This document shows positions 38,051-47,291 of a stretch of 64,000 nt of DNA, piece by piece (position 1 is the first letter of the stretch; each line of letters opens with the position of its first letter). The notes beneath the pieces were generated by a model. It did no database searches and was not told where the DNA came from. It saw only the letters and a list, made by a program, of their open reading frames with translations. Position numbers and translations under genes: made by a program. The DNA comes from Deltaproteobacteria bacterium (lineage in GTDB: Bacteria > Myxococcota_A > Polyangia > Fen-1088), in NCBI GenBank assembly GCA_033763315.1, contig JANRKS010000023.1, positions 96,001 to 160,000 on the forward strand, read 5' to 3'.

Positions 38051-39160
38051 TTAGCGAGTCAAAACTTGCGATGAATTGAGGGGGAAGACGGCGCGAGCGC
38101 CATCGTGTTCGGCAAGGGCTGCGTCGTCCTGCGCGCCATGGTGGGCGCGCTGATCGGCCGACTCCGCGGGTGCCGTCTTCTGCGTTGGTTTATTGATCCA
38201 GACCTCAGTCGGCAATGGCGGGGGCGTTGGTGCGCCGTTCGGATAGCGCTCCGGATGAGCTTGGTATGCAGCCGCCAACGTGCGGGCACGTGCGTGCCAT
38301 CTTTGCAGCGCGAGGCCATGATGGACGTCGTTCGGTGTCATCAGGCCAAGCCCTACGTGGTGATGCTCGTGGTTGTACCAGCCAAAGAAATCCCGGCAGT
38401 GGTGTTCTGCGTGTTCGATCGAATCGAAGCGTTGAGGAAAGTCAGGCCGGTACTTCAGTGTTTTGTATTGCGCTTCTGAAAATGGATTGTCGTCGCTGAC
38501 GTGGGGGCGGGAATAGCTTTGCGTTACACCCAGAAGGCCCAGCGTTTGCGCTAGCGTTTTCGATTTCATCACACTGCCTCGGTCGCTGTGGATGACCAGC
38601 GTATGCGGAGCAACGTTCTGTGCGGCACACGTTTCCGAAAGCAAACGTTGCGCGAGCTCCTTCGACTCTCGGTCAGCGATGAGCCAGCCAACAACGTAAC
38701 GGCTGAAAATATCGAGAACCACGTAGAGATAGAAGTACTGCCACTTTCCTGGGCCGCGCAGCTTTGTTATGTCCCACGACCAAACTTGATTTGGCCCCGT
38801 GGCCAACAACTCCGGCTTAGAATAAGGCACATGCTGGCGTTGCCGGCGACGTTCACGAACCTCTTCATTGCGCGCCAGAATGCGATACATGGTTCGCGGC
38901 GAACAAAGGTAGATGCCTTCGTCCAAAAGCTGCGCGAACACTTCCGTTGGCGCGAGATCCACGAATCTGTCTTCGTGCAATACATCAAGAACGCGCTGCT
39001 GCTCTTGCACAGAAAGTGCCTGCTTTGGCACGCGCCTTCTTCGTGGATGATTGGCCTTGGGCTGCACGTGACGATAAAACGTTGCGCGGCAAAGGCCGAC
39101 GGCGCTGCAGGCATGCGTGATTGCAAGGGTGCCCATTGCCTCTTTGACGACCGTTATCAT
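38051..39160 (-). CDS. IS3 transposase OrfB (DDE)
   Basis: WSWDIT, HSDRG, DNPFSEAQYKTLK. Confidence 0.93.
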   Translation of the reverse strand: MITVVKEAMGTLAITHACSAVGLCRATFYRHVQPKANHPRRRRVPKQALSVQEQQRVLDVLHEDRFVDLAPTEVFAQLLDEGIYLCSPRTMYRILARNEEVRERRRQRQHVPYSKPELLATGPNQVWSWDITKLRGPGKWQYFYLYVVLDIFSRYVVGWLIADRESKELAQRLLSETCAAQNVAPHTLVIHSDRGSVMKSKTLAQTLGLLGVTQSYSRPHVSDDNPFSEAQYKTLKYRPDFPQRFDSIEHAEHHCRDFFGWYNHEHHHVGLGLMTPNDVHHGLALQRWHARARTLAAAYQAHPERYPNGAPTPPPLPTEVWINKPTQKTAPAESADQRAHHGAQDDAALAEHDGARAVFPLNSSQVLTR

Positions 39161-39555
39161 GGCTTCTCGCTCCCCAACGGCCGTCCCAGAAGAGCTGCCA
39201 CTTTTTTTTGTAGTTCGACGAGGGCTTCAGCATGCTCGGCCCGCGCATTGGCCTTTTGAAGCTGCTTCTCGAGCTCGGCGATTTTGCGATCGCGCTCGTC
39301 CACCACTTTGGGCCTTCGCCCACGCTTCTTAGGAGCCACCAACTCGCCGCGCTCGCGCGCTCGCCGCCAGTCGCTCAACTGCGAAGAGAAGACGCCTTCG
39401 CGTCGCAGCAGTGCGCCTATTTCGCCGGGCGCCTTGCAGGCGTCAGCCTTACGAACAAACTCAAGTTTGAATTGCGCGGTAAATCGTCGCCGCTTCGCCT
39501 TTGCAGAGACCTGCACGTCCTGGCGACGATCCGTCTCGTTTGCCGTCGTTTCCAT
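39157..39555 (-). CDS. IS3 OrfA (HTH)
   Basis: RRRFTAQFK...LLRREG; A8G slippery site at 39201-39209 for a -1 frameshift. Confidence 0.9.
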   Translation of the reverse strand: METTANETDRRQDVQVSAKAKRRRFTAQFKLEFVRKADACKAPGEIGALLRREGVFSSQLSDWRRARERGELVAPKKRGRRPKVVDERDRKIAELEKQLQKANARAEHAEALVELQKKVAALLGRPLGSEKP

Positions 39556-40016
39556 GAGTCATCCTAACCTCGCCCTGGAGTCTAATTTGGAGGGGTGACG
39601 CTGTCTCATCCAACCTGGCACACAGGGGAGCGTCAAAATCATCACTGACCGTTTTGCAGAAGGCACGAGCAATCTCAAGCTCGCGCTCTTGCTTGTTTGC
39701 GGAGAACTGCTTCGTTCGCCAAGCATTGACTGTCCCTGGTCCCAAAATCAGCTCATACCCTTCAAGGTTTAGCTTCTTCACTGGCCGTTCCTTACGTTTT
39801 CAAACCATTTGCAAACGAATCTGCTGTCGTCCACCCAACCCCTCCATAACCTGTGTCTCAACAGCGCCACGGGCATGTATTCTGCTCATAAAGAACTCCA
39901 GTCACGAGGAGACGGGCTGTTCGCCATTGCCTTCACCTAGGTCTATGGCCTCCTGAAGCCAGCCGAGGCCCCCGTTAGTTGCCATCGTACTCCAAGGCCG
40001 CATAAGCTGCTTGTGA

Positions 40017-42500
40017 ATGTCTCTTGCCCCTCAACCCAAACCAGCGACTCAGTTCGGCAGCGCGCACCCGCGCCCGCTGGGCGATAAGTACCTGTTGCTG
40101 GAGGAGATCGCTCGGGGTGGAATGGGCGCAGTGCACTTGGCAATGGCCCGCGGGCTTGCTGGGGGCAGTGTGTGCGCGATCAAAACGGTGGCGTACCAAG
40201 GGCTGCATGCCGACGATGCGTTCCTGTCCGAGCGTTTCATGCAGGAGGCTCGCGCGATCGCGACCTTGCGGCACGAGAACCTCGTGTACGTCTTCGACTC
40301 GGGCCTTGTGGCGCGAGAGCTTTACCTCGCGATGGAGTTCATCGAAGGCAAAACTTTGGCCGAAATTATGGCCAAGTCCCGAGCTCAAAGGCAGGTACTG
40401 CCACTCGGTTTATCGATGTGGATCGCGCTTGAGTTGCTGAACGCACTGACGTACGTGCACGGTCAGAACTTCATTCACCGAGACGTGACGCCATCCAATG
40501 TGATGATTTCAAGCTCGGGATCGCTGAAGCTCCTGGACTTTGGCTTAGCCCGCCCCAAAACGTCAGAGCACCAAACGGGCATGGTTCTGAAACTTGGTAA
40601 GCCGGGCTATGTGGCTCCAGAGCAGTTTTGGGGGCTGCCCATCGACGCACGTGCGGATCTCTTTTCGGTCGCCGTAATTTTTTGGGAACTGCTTACCGGG
40701 CAAAGTTGGCTCGCCGCGGGCGAAGTTCGGCGGCGCGATTTGCCCTATGTCCCGCCTTCAACGCATCAGCAGGATGTTCCCTCTGAGCTCGATCAACTCC
40801 TCATGATTGCGCTGGCCGAAGATCCCGACAATCGTTTTCAAACTGCCACCGAGTTTGCGAATAGCCTGGCCCGCTACCTTGCGCCGAGCGACTACAGGAA
40901 AAAGGCACGCCTATTCCTGGAAGACAATTTCGGCAGCGAGCTAGCAAAAGAGCGAATGCACCGCGAGCAGCTCATCTCCGGGGCCGGCGCTGTGCCGGTA
41001 TCAAGCGAACATGCTGAAGTAGGTCCCATCGCCCGCCTTGAGGACTACGTCGGCGTCGTCTTGGGAGGTCGCTACGAGGTCAAGCGGCTGGTTGCCAAGG
41101 GCGCGATGGGTGCGGTTTTTGAAGGGTGGCACAAGGGCATTGAGCGCAAGGTCGCTATCAAGGTTCCTTTCTTCAAAGGCAACCCCGATCTGCAGGCGCG
41201 CTTCGTACGAGAAGCCCGCGCCACGAACCGTATCAACGACAGCCACGTAGTTGTTGTCACAGATGCAGGGGAAACGCCGCAGGGCGACGCCTACGTCGTC
41301 ATGGAATACCTTGAGGGCGAATCACTCGATGACGTCCTTAAGAAACGAGGCCGTCTCGATCCCGAAGAGGCTGTGGCCATTGCGTGTCAGATGGCACACG
41401 CGATGGAAGCCGCTCACAACGCTGGTGTCATTCACCGCGACATCAAACCCGCCAATGTCATGCTGATTCCGGGCCGCGATGGCGTTCACGTCAAGGTGTT
41501 GGATTTCGGCGTCGCGCGATACTTGGACCAAGCCAACGAAGCGCTTCCGATCGATGGGCTAACGAGGCCGGAAATGGCCCTTGGAACCCCTCGCTATATG
41601 GCGCCTGAGCAAATCACCACAGGCGCAACCGTGGATGGCCGCGCTGACGTCTACGCTGCGGCCACGGTGCTGTTCGAGATGCTCAGTGGCCACGTACCCT
41701 TTGAAGAGGGATCGCCAGATGACGTTTGCTTGGCTAAGGTCACGAAGGAGGCCCGCGGCTTGCTCGAAGTCGCTCCGCAAGTCTCGGCGCCACTGTGCGC
41801 CCTGGTCATGAGCGGATTGGCCCGCGACCCTGCTTTACGCGTTTCTTCGTCATCGTTGTGGAGATCACAGTTGGAGTCCTTGCGCCCCGAGCGGCGAAGG
41901 AACACAGAGCCGATATCGATCGCGCGATCGCGCAAGACTCGCCTGTGGGTGGGTGGCGTGGCCCTGGCTTTTTTCGCGGGCGCTGCCGGCATCTTTTGGT
42001 CGCTTGCACGGCATGAAGTTCGTGTGAGTACACCAAACAAGGTGATCCCGCCCGAGCCGGTTCCCACGCAGATCCACAACACCTGGCAGCCGCCTGTCGT
42101 CCAAGCCGATGCCTCGCAAGAAGCGTTGAAGCAACCTGAGGTGCCGGTTCATGTGCCTCCTGTGAAAAGCCGGCCAAAGCCATTGCTCCCCGAAAAGACG
42201 CCTTCGGGCGACAAGGGACCCTTGGGCGCCACACCCAGCGCGCCCCCTGAGCAGGCGTGGGATGCTCCCTTGGCCAAGGCCAAACTGGACTTCACGCAGG
42301 GGCGGTTCTTTGATTCTCTTATCGCCGCGAAGAAGGCGGCGCGCCTTGGTGCCGGCCTTCCTGCTTTTCTCATAATGGGGAGGGCCAACCTGGAACTCGA
42401 AGAGAACGAGGAAGCGGCAGCGGCCTTCCGCTCCGCCTTAGTGCTTGATCCAGGCAATGCAGACGCCCAACGTGGCCTCAAACGTGCGACCGGCAATTAG
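40017..42500 (+). CDS. Tandem dual-domain Ser/Thr kinase with TM segment and C-terminal TPR
   Basis: Two full motif sets (HRDVTPSN/DFG/APE and HRDIKPAN/DFG/APE); TM; ALVLDPGNADAQRGL. Confidence 0.9.
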   Translation: MSLAPQPKPATQFGSAHPRPLGDKYLLLEEIARGGMGAVHLAMARGLAGGSVCAIKTVAYQGLHADDAFLSERFMQEARAIATLRHENLVYVFDSGLVARELYLAMEFIEGKTLAEIMAKSRAQRQVLPLGLSMWIALELLNALTYVHGQNFIHRDVTPSNVMISSSGSLKLLDFGLARPKTSEHQTGMVLKLGKPGYVAPEQFWGLPIDARADLFSVAVIFWELLTGQSWLAAGEVRRRDLPYVPPSTHQQDVPSELDQLLMIALAEDPDNRFQTATEFANSLARYLAPSDYRKKARLFLEDNFGSELAKERMHREQLISGAGAVPVSSEHAEVGPIARLEDYVGVVLGGRYEVKRLVAKGAMGAVFEGWHKGIERKVAIKVPFFKGNPDLQARFVREARATNRINDSHVVVVTDAGETPQGDAYVVMEYLEGESLDDVLKKRGRLDPEEAVAIACQMAHAMEAAHNAGVIHRDIKPANVMLIPGRDGVHVKVLDFGVARYLDQANEALPIDGLTRPEMALGTPRYMAPEQITTGATVDGRADVYAAATVLFEMLSGHVPFEEGSPDDVCLAKVTKEARGLLEVAPQVSAPLCALVMSGLARDPALRVSSSSLWRSQLESLRPERRRNTEPISIARSRKTRLWVGGVALAFFAGAAGIFWSLARHEVRVSTPNKVIPPEPVPTQIHNTWQPPVVQADASQEALKQPEVPVHVPPVKSRPKPLLPEKTPSGDKGPLGATPSAPPEQAWDAPLAKAKLDFTQGRFFDSLIAAKKAARLGAGLPAFLIMGRANLELEENEEAAAAFRSALVLDPGNADAQRGLKRATGN

Positions 42501-42542
42501 TTTGGGGACTGGTGGAGACCCCGCGGCTTAGCATAACCCCGC

Positions 42543-42590
42543 CAACCCATAAGTTTACAACCTATAGGTTTACAACCCATAGGTTTACAA
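42543..42590. repeat. Three tandem 15-bp repeats with palindromic core
   Basis: CAACCCATAAGTTTA / CAACCTATAGGTTTA / CAACCCATAGGTTTA. Confidence 0.9.
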
Positions 42591-42621
42591 ACTGCAAACC
42601 GCCCCCTACACTTTCACTTTA

Positions 42622-44010
42622 ATGGCGCGAGAGATCGTGAACCGGGAGCGCGAGTTGGCCGAACTGCGGAGGCTCGCGGCGCATCCACCCTCGCTTGTGG
42701 TGCTGCGTGGCAGGCGGCGCGTGGGCAAGACCTTCCTGTTGCGCGTTGCCATATCGGGGGATCGTGTTGCCAGCGTGCAGGCCGAGGAAAAACCTCGGGC
42801 TTTGCAGCTTGAGGATATGGCGCGGGCATGCAGTTCATTGTCTCAGGGTGCCCCGCCCCTCAGGTTCGCCGATTGGGGCGAAGCGTTTTCGTTTGTGGAG
42901 CGCCAAGCAAGTGCCACAGGTCCCCTGACCGTCGTGCTGGATGAGTTCCAGTACTTGGTTGCTTCCGACCCATCGTTACCTTCTGTGATTCAGAGACTTT
43001 GGGATCGTTGGGACCAAGAGCAAGCGCCCGTCACCCTCATCCTATCCGGCAGCGCCATCTCGTTCATGGACAGCCTTTTGGGGGGCGCTCGCCCCACCTT
43101 CGGCCGCAGCGTGTATCGGCCGCTGTTGTTGCCACTCACGTACCGCGACGCCAAGGCGTTTGCGGCGCCCGGGAGCACGGCCGTAGATTGGGTGCAAAGG
43201 TACGGCGTGCTCGGCGGTACACCCCAGTATCAGCTTTGGGCGGGAAAGGCCCGCCTGCCCGACATCATCAGGTCCGCGATCCTGCCCACCGACTGCCCGC
43301 TGCATTCCGATCCTGAACACCTCATTCGAGAAGAAGAGGGAATCCGTGGCCCCGGCCCCTATTTCGGCGCCCTCGATGCGATCGCGAACGGATACACGAC
43401 CACGACCGCCATCGCAGGCCGGCTTGAGATGAGCAATCAACTGACCACCAAGTTCCTCTCGCGCCTTTCCGAGCTGTCGTACATCACACGCGTTGATCCC
43501 CTCGAGGCTCGCGGCGTCGCTTCAAGTCGTGGCTTTTGGAAAATCACCGATCCTTACTTCCGGTTCTGGTTTCGCTTTGTCTTCTCGAACAGAAGCCGGC
43601 TTGCACGCGGGCGCGTAGACGAGGTGGCGGCGGAGATCGAGCGCGACTTACCCACCTATTTTGGCCCCGCCTTTGAGGATTGTTGCCGCGAGTGGGTGGG
43701 ACGTTACGCCGATCTCGGCAAAGATGCCGTTGGCGTTGGATCCTGGTGGTCACGCAAAAGCGACGTCGAGATTGACGTCGTCACGCGCACAAAAAAGGGC
43801 TACGGCTTGCTTGGCTCTTGTAAGTGGACGCGAGGGATCGTCAAACCCTCGGTGCTGGATGACCTGCAGCGTGCGCGCGCGCATCTTGGTGTTGATGCTG
43901 CAAAGGCGCGGCTTGCGATTTTTGCGCGCGGAGAATTTTCCGATGCCTTGCGCACCCGCGCCGAAAAAGAGGACGTGGCTCTCGTTGCGGCGCAAGATCT
44001 GTTCGACTAA
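42622..44010 (+). CDS. Archaeal-type AAA ATPase with wHTH and DUF234 nuclease-like domain
   Basis: VNREREL, GRRRVGKT, LDEFQY, GGTPQY, DPYFRFWFRF, EIDVV, GSCKW. Confidence 0.9.
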   Translation: MAREIVNRERELAELRRLAAHPPSLVVLRGRRRVGKTFLLRVAISGDRVASVQAEEKPRALQLEDMARACSSLSQGAPPLRFADWGEAFSFVERQASATGPLTVVLDEFQYLVASDPSLPSVIQRLWDRWDQEQAPVTLILSGSAISFMDSLLGGARPTFGRSVYRPLLLPLTYRDAKAFAAPGSTAVDWVQRYGVLGGTPQYQLWAGKARLPDIIRSAILPTDCPLHSDPEHLIREEEGIRGPGPYFGALDAIANGYTTTTAIAGRLEMSNQLTTKFLSRLSELSYITRVDPLEARGVASSRGFWKITDPYFRFWFRFVFSNRSRLARGRVDEVAAEIERDLPTYFGPAFEDCCREWVGRYADLGKDAVGVGSWWSRKSDVEIDVVTRTKKGYGLLGSCKWTRGIVKPSVLDDLQRARAHLGVDAAKARLAIFARGEFSDALRTRAEKEDVALVAAQDLFD

Positions 44011-44012
44011 AG

Positions 44013-44100
44013 CTATTTAGGAACTGCGCGCCACGACGCGCTCGACGGCGTCTACTGTGACGTAGATGTCATCGGCTGTGGTGCTCCGCCCCAGCGAAAA
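44013..44100 (-). pseudogene. Displaced, recoded 3' fragment of iscS (att-like scar)
   Basis: Translates FSLGRSTTADDIYVTVDAVERVVAR versus iscS FSLGRNTTLDDIHVTVAAVERVVAR (21/25); 22 bp identical (44025-44046 = 52904-52925); 8-bp deletion then VPK-stop. Confidence 0.88.
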
Positions 44101-44124
44101 CCCACTGCCCTTATCCGCGAATTG

Positions 44125-45093
44125 TCAGTTGTCGCAGAGTTTCCATACACGGTTTCTTGAGTTGGCGAATATGCACCGAGGCCCCAATGCCACACTGTTA
44201 AGATCTTCGGGGCCAGCAACAGTTCGCCATCCAGAAGTGCCCACCCTCAGGCTCATTACGTTTTCGCCACAAATAAACGCGTAGCCAAACTCGTTCTTGT
44301 TTGCACCGCTGGCAGATGAAGCGCACTCGACGGGGATGTTGCCTAGCGAAGCGCTATTTGCCGCTACATACGAAAACACTCGACCATCTTCGCAGACGTA
44401 CCAGCCGTCCCCATGCGACGACCAGCGCCAAAGTGAGGGATCGCAAAGCAATCCGCTTGTGGGACCGGCCCGCACGGTACGCAGCAAGGCCGAATGATCG
44501 GCCGCCGAGACCACCGACCACTCGTGTTGACGCGCCACCAATTCGTAAAGAAAAACGGGACCACTCACGGTGGTTCGAAGCCGACCTTGGCCGTCCCGAA
44601 TGATGTCGGCGTAGGAGAAAATATTTGCGAACCGGCGTTTCGCTGCGCGCGTGCGCGGCGCCGCTGCTCGTTCGTCCACCCACTGATCAGACCGGCGCGA
44701 CATGATCAGAAATGGGCTCCCCACGGCGAGCAGTTGATCACCAACCTGCGACACGCGCTGGACGAAGCGCTGGGCAAATCGATGAACGGCAGGGGATCCA
44801 CCCGCTTCTTCTCCTTCGACGATAAGTTCCTTGCCCGGTGCGAACCACTTGTGGCCCCAAACCGTAAGGAAACCGAACCCGAAGCCTTCGGTTTCGTCCT
44901 CAAATAATTTCTTCCAAGTCGCGGAAGGGGGCGCAGATGCATGGGGGGGCGCAACTGTTAGCAACCCGCCCTCGTGCGCGGCGGCATCATGCACCTTCGT
45001 TGGCAAAGCGGCACTTTGTATGACCTTCCGTTCTGTCCCAGCGCCAGGGTGGGTACAGCCGATCAACACGAGGATAAATACAGCGGATCGCAT
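44125..45093 (-). CDS. Hypothetical lipoprotein (possible immunity protein)
   Basis: LIGC lipobox; beta-rich; starts 4 bp after the upstream gene. Confidence 0.65.
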   Translation of the reverse strand: MRSAVFILVLIGCTHPGAGTERKVIQSAALPTKVHDAAAHEGGLLTVAPPHASAPPSATWKKLFEDETEGFGFGFLTVWGHKWFAPGKELIVEGEEAGGSPAVHRFAQRFVQRVSQVGDQLLAVGSPFLIMSRRSDQWVDERAAAPRTRAAKRRFANIFSYADIIRDGQGRLRTTVSGPVFLYELVARQHEWSVVSAADHSALLRTVRAGPTSGLLCDPSLWRWSSHGDGWYVCEDGRVFSYVAANSASLGNIPVECASSASGANKNEFGYAFICGENVMSLRVGTSGWRTVAGPEDLNSVALGPRCIFANSRNRVWKLCDN

Positions 45094-45097
45094 GGGC

Positions 45098-46039
45098 TCA
45101 GGGAAGCTTGAGAAGTTCGCTGCTGGAGACCCAAAGGCGTTCTAAAAACAAAGCCTCCGCGGTACGAGCCTTAGCGATGCGTATCCATTCCACGTTGTTA
45201 AGCTCGGGGAACTCGCATAATTGCTCAAGCTGACGTGCGGGCGACGCGGCCACGTCGCTCGACTGATGCTTCAAGAACTCAAGGGCTGTGACGCACCCGA
45301 ACGGTTGGCCGCTTTGAGCAGCGACTGTTTTCTTTGGGTCATAGGCGCGACCACCAGGAGCAAGGAACGCGTATTCTTTCCAAACCATCAACGCCGACCG
45401 CTTCACGGATCCAAGTCCCGCTGGGTCCAGGCCAAAGACCTTTTTGACGGCGGGCGAGAAGTTTCTCATGAAGCTTGCGCTAACCTGCGCGGCGTAGGCC
45501 AGCACTTGGTCGCCAGCAGGGATCATTGCAGGAGAGACAACTGAGCCTGACTCCGGATTAACGAATTCAGGAACCTTTTCCCACTTGCTCGTCACGGCCC
45601 GTGGAAGTCCCAGCTTCTCCTTTTCTTTCCACAGATAATCAAGGCCTCCCTCTCTGAAGGAATCGACCATTCGTGAACCAGACGCCCCAATCGATGAATC
45701 GCTTTCTCGCGCGGCCGTCGCTAGCACCAGCATGGTTTCAATGTCCGTGTATTGCCGGGCCCGTGCGAGGTTCAAAGAAACCTTTGCGCAGTAGTGGAGA
45801 CTCAGCATCCGTCGAAGCATGCCGGTCACGCGAACGTCGCCATTCACGAAAAGCCGTGAGAGCCCGCGGGCCCAGCCACCAGCAGGAATGCCAAGCAATT
45901 CACCAACCGCGTTCATCAACGCGACACGGCCAGCAACTCCCAAGCCGGCTCCCATCGAAGCCGTGGCATTCAGTTCTTTGCCGGTAGGCGCGCGCCCTGC
46001 AAAGGGCGCGGTGCTGAGCAGAGTTGCAAATATTGACAT
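45098..46039 (-). CDS. Hypothetical protein, possible lysozyme-fold enzyme
   Basis: 313 aa ORF, no signal peptide; LVLATAARES resembles the transglycosylase catalytic ES helix. Confidence 0.55.
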   Translation of the reverse strand: MSIFATLLSTAPFAGRAPTGKELNATASMGAGLGVAGRVALMNAVGELLGIPAGGWARGLSRLFVNGDVRVTGMLRRMLSLHYCAKVSLNLARARQYTDIETMLVLATAARESDSSIGASGSRMVDSFREGGLDYLWKEKEKLGLPRAVTSKWEKVPEFVNPESGSVVSPAMIPAGDQVLAYAAQVSASFMRNFSPAVKKVFGLDPAGLGSVKRSALMVWKEYAFLAPGGRAYDPKKTVAAQSGQPFGCVTALEFLKHQSSDVAASPARQLEQLCEFPELNNVEWIRIAKARTAEALFLERLWVSSSELLKLP

Positions 46040-46067
46040 GGGTTTTGGGGAGCTCGACGGAGTGATT

Positions 46068-47291
46068 TTATTGGACGTTTTTAGAGGCCGGGGTTACACG
46101 TTTGAGCGTCGGCGCTTGCACAAGGCGAGCGGCTTTGGGGTCGTAGACGTACTTGGTGATCGTCCCGTCCTTGATGCGTTCTACGGCCTCGTCGATGACG
46201 AACAGGGGCACCAAAAACCATTCTTGCGGTTGCACGGGCTTACCGAAACGGTCGTTGATGGTGATGTCGAGGCGAGCCGCGGCAAACAGCCGATGAAACA
46301 CGTTTTCCATTTTGGCGCGGTTGATGCCCGCTAGCCTGTACGTGGCAATCACCTCGACCTTCGCGAGCAGGTAAGTGGCGTCATGCTCGGCATCCGCGAT
46401 GCGCACGTCCACCTTGCTGCCCGTAACGCCGATCTTATGAATTAGGCCTCGGTGCTGCGCTACGTAGGGATGATCAGATAACGAACGGAGGACATAGATC
46501 GTGCCGCTTTCGACATCGTCCGCCTCCAACGAACCTCCGAAGGACAATTGCCCGCTGTCGGGGGAGGCTAACCGGCGTGCAGCGGGGTCGTCGTAGAAGG
46601 CGCGTTGGAGCGAGCGAAGCAACAGGTTGCTTTCAGTACCGTTCGCGAAGATCACGCGGAGGCGGCGATCCACTTCACGGGCGGTCATTTTCAACGGCTC
46701 GCCCATTTCCGCAACGTACAGAGTGACGCCGCCGAGAATGAAGAAGTCACCGACCTCGATGGCGCGGCTGCCGGCCTCAATGGGCTGTGACTGGCGCATG
46801 CCGGTCTTGAGGTCGGCCTCGACCTTCTCGAACAGAGGCTTGAACGTCCCAAAGTCTTCGCAGCGCTTGCGGTCTGCGATCTCCTCCGCAGCGCGTTTCT
46901 CGGCATTCGTTCGCACGTAGCGAAGAACAGTGATGTCGTCGGCTTCGTCCGAACCTGCAAGCTCAGCGGCCAACTCGTCCACGCCGTAATTGGCCGAAGG
47001 CTCAGCTGCCCGTGGGTGGCTTGCAAGCAGACGTTGACGATCTAGTGGCTCAAGCAGCACACGGCATTCCGGCAAGGCTCGCAGGCGGTCCAAGCGAACG
47101 GCGTAAAGACGCTCGAAGATGTCGCGGTCTTCTCCGTGCTGTGGGGTACGCCCGTGCTTTTCTACGAAACGCTGAATTTCCTCGAACCCCGCGATGATGC
47201 GCTCCTCGCGCGGAGGCCGCCCGCCTTTGGCTTCTGGGGCATCGAAGTCGGAAAGCTCGTCCGCCAGTTCATCGACATCGCGTTTACTCAT
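46068..47291 (-). CDS. YeeC-like GIY-YIG (T5orf172) nuclease
   Basis: NGTESNLLLRSLQRA, GTIYVLRS, HKIGVT, QEWFLVP. Confidence 0.88.
   Translation of the reverse strand: MSKRDVDELADELSDFDAPEAKGGRPPREERIIAGFEEIQRFVEKHGRTPQHGEDRDIFERLYAVRLDRLRALPECRVLLEPLDRQRLLASHPRAAEPSANYGVDELAAELAGSDEADDITVLRYVRTNAEKRAAEEIADRKRCEDFGTFKPLFEKVEADLKTGMRQSQPIEAGSRAIEVGDFFILGGVTLYVAEMGEPLKMTAREVDRRLRVIFANGTESNLLLRSLQRAFYDDPAARRLASPDSGQLSFGGSLEADDVESGTIYVLRSLSDHPYVAQHRGLIHKIGVTGSKVDVRIADAEHDATYLLAKVEVIATYRLAGINRAKMENVFHRLFAAARLDITINDRFGKPVQPQEWFLVPLFVIDEAVERIKDGTITKYVYDPKAARLVQAPTLKRVTPASKNVQ

Larger units (their letters stand above)
38018..39620 (-). mobile_element. IS3-family insertion sequence
   Basis: Inverted repeats TGTCAAGTTGGGTGAGACAG (38018) and TGCCAGGTTGGATGAGACAG (rc, ends 39620), 17/20 match; orfA/orfB; true ends may extend a few bp. 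Confidence 0.9.
37253..39781 (-). pseudogene. IS-interrupted hypothetical gene, PD-(D/E)xK-like
   Basis: 5' piece 39627-39781 and 3' piece 37253-38009 are in the same frame; removing 38010-39626 (1617 bp) gives ...ELEIARAFC...DAPQKSNDEPFDVEI...GVQLVE. Confidence 0.7.

Noticed and set aside
42529-42540. TAGCATAACCCC matching the start of the T7 terminator
   Set aside because: 12 bp only, with no hairpin or U-tract; coincidence rather than vector contamination
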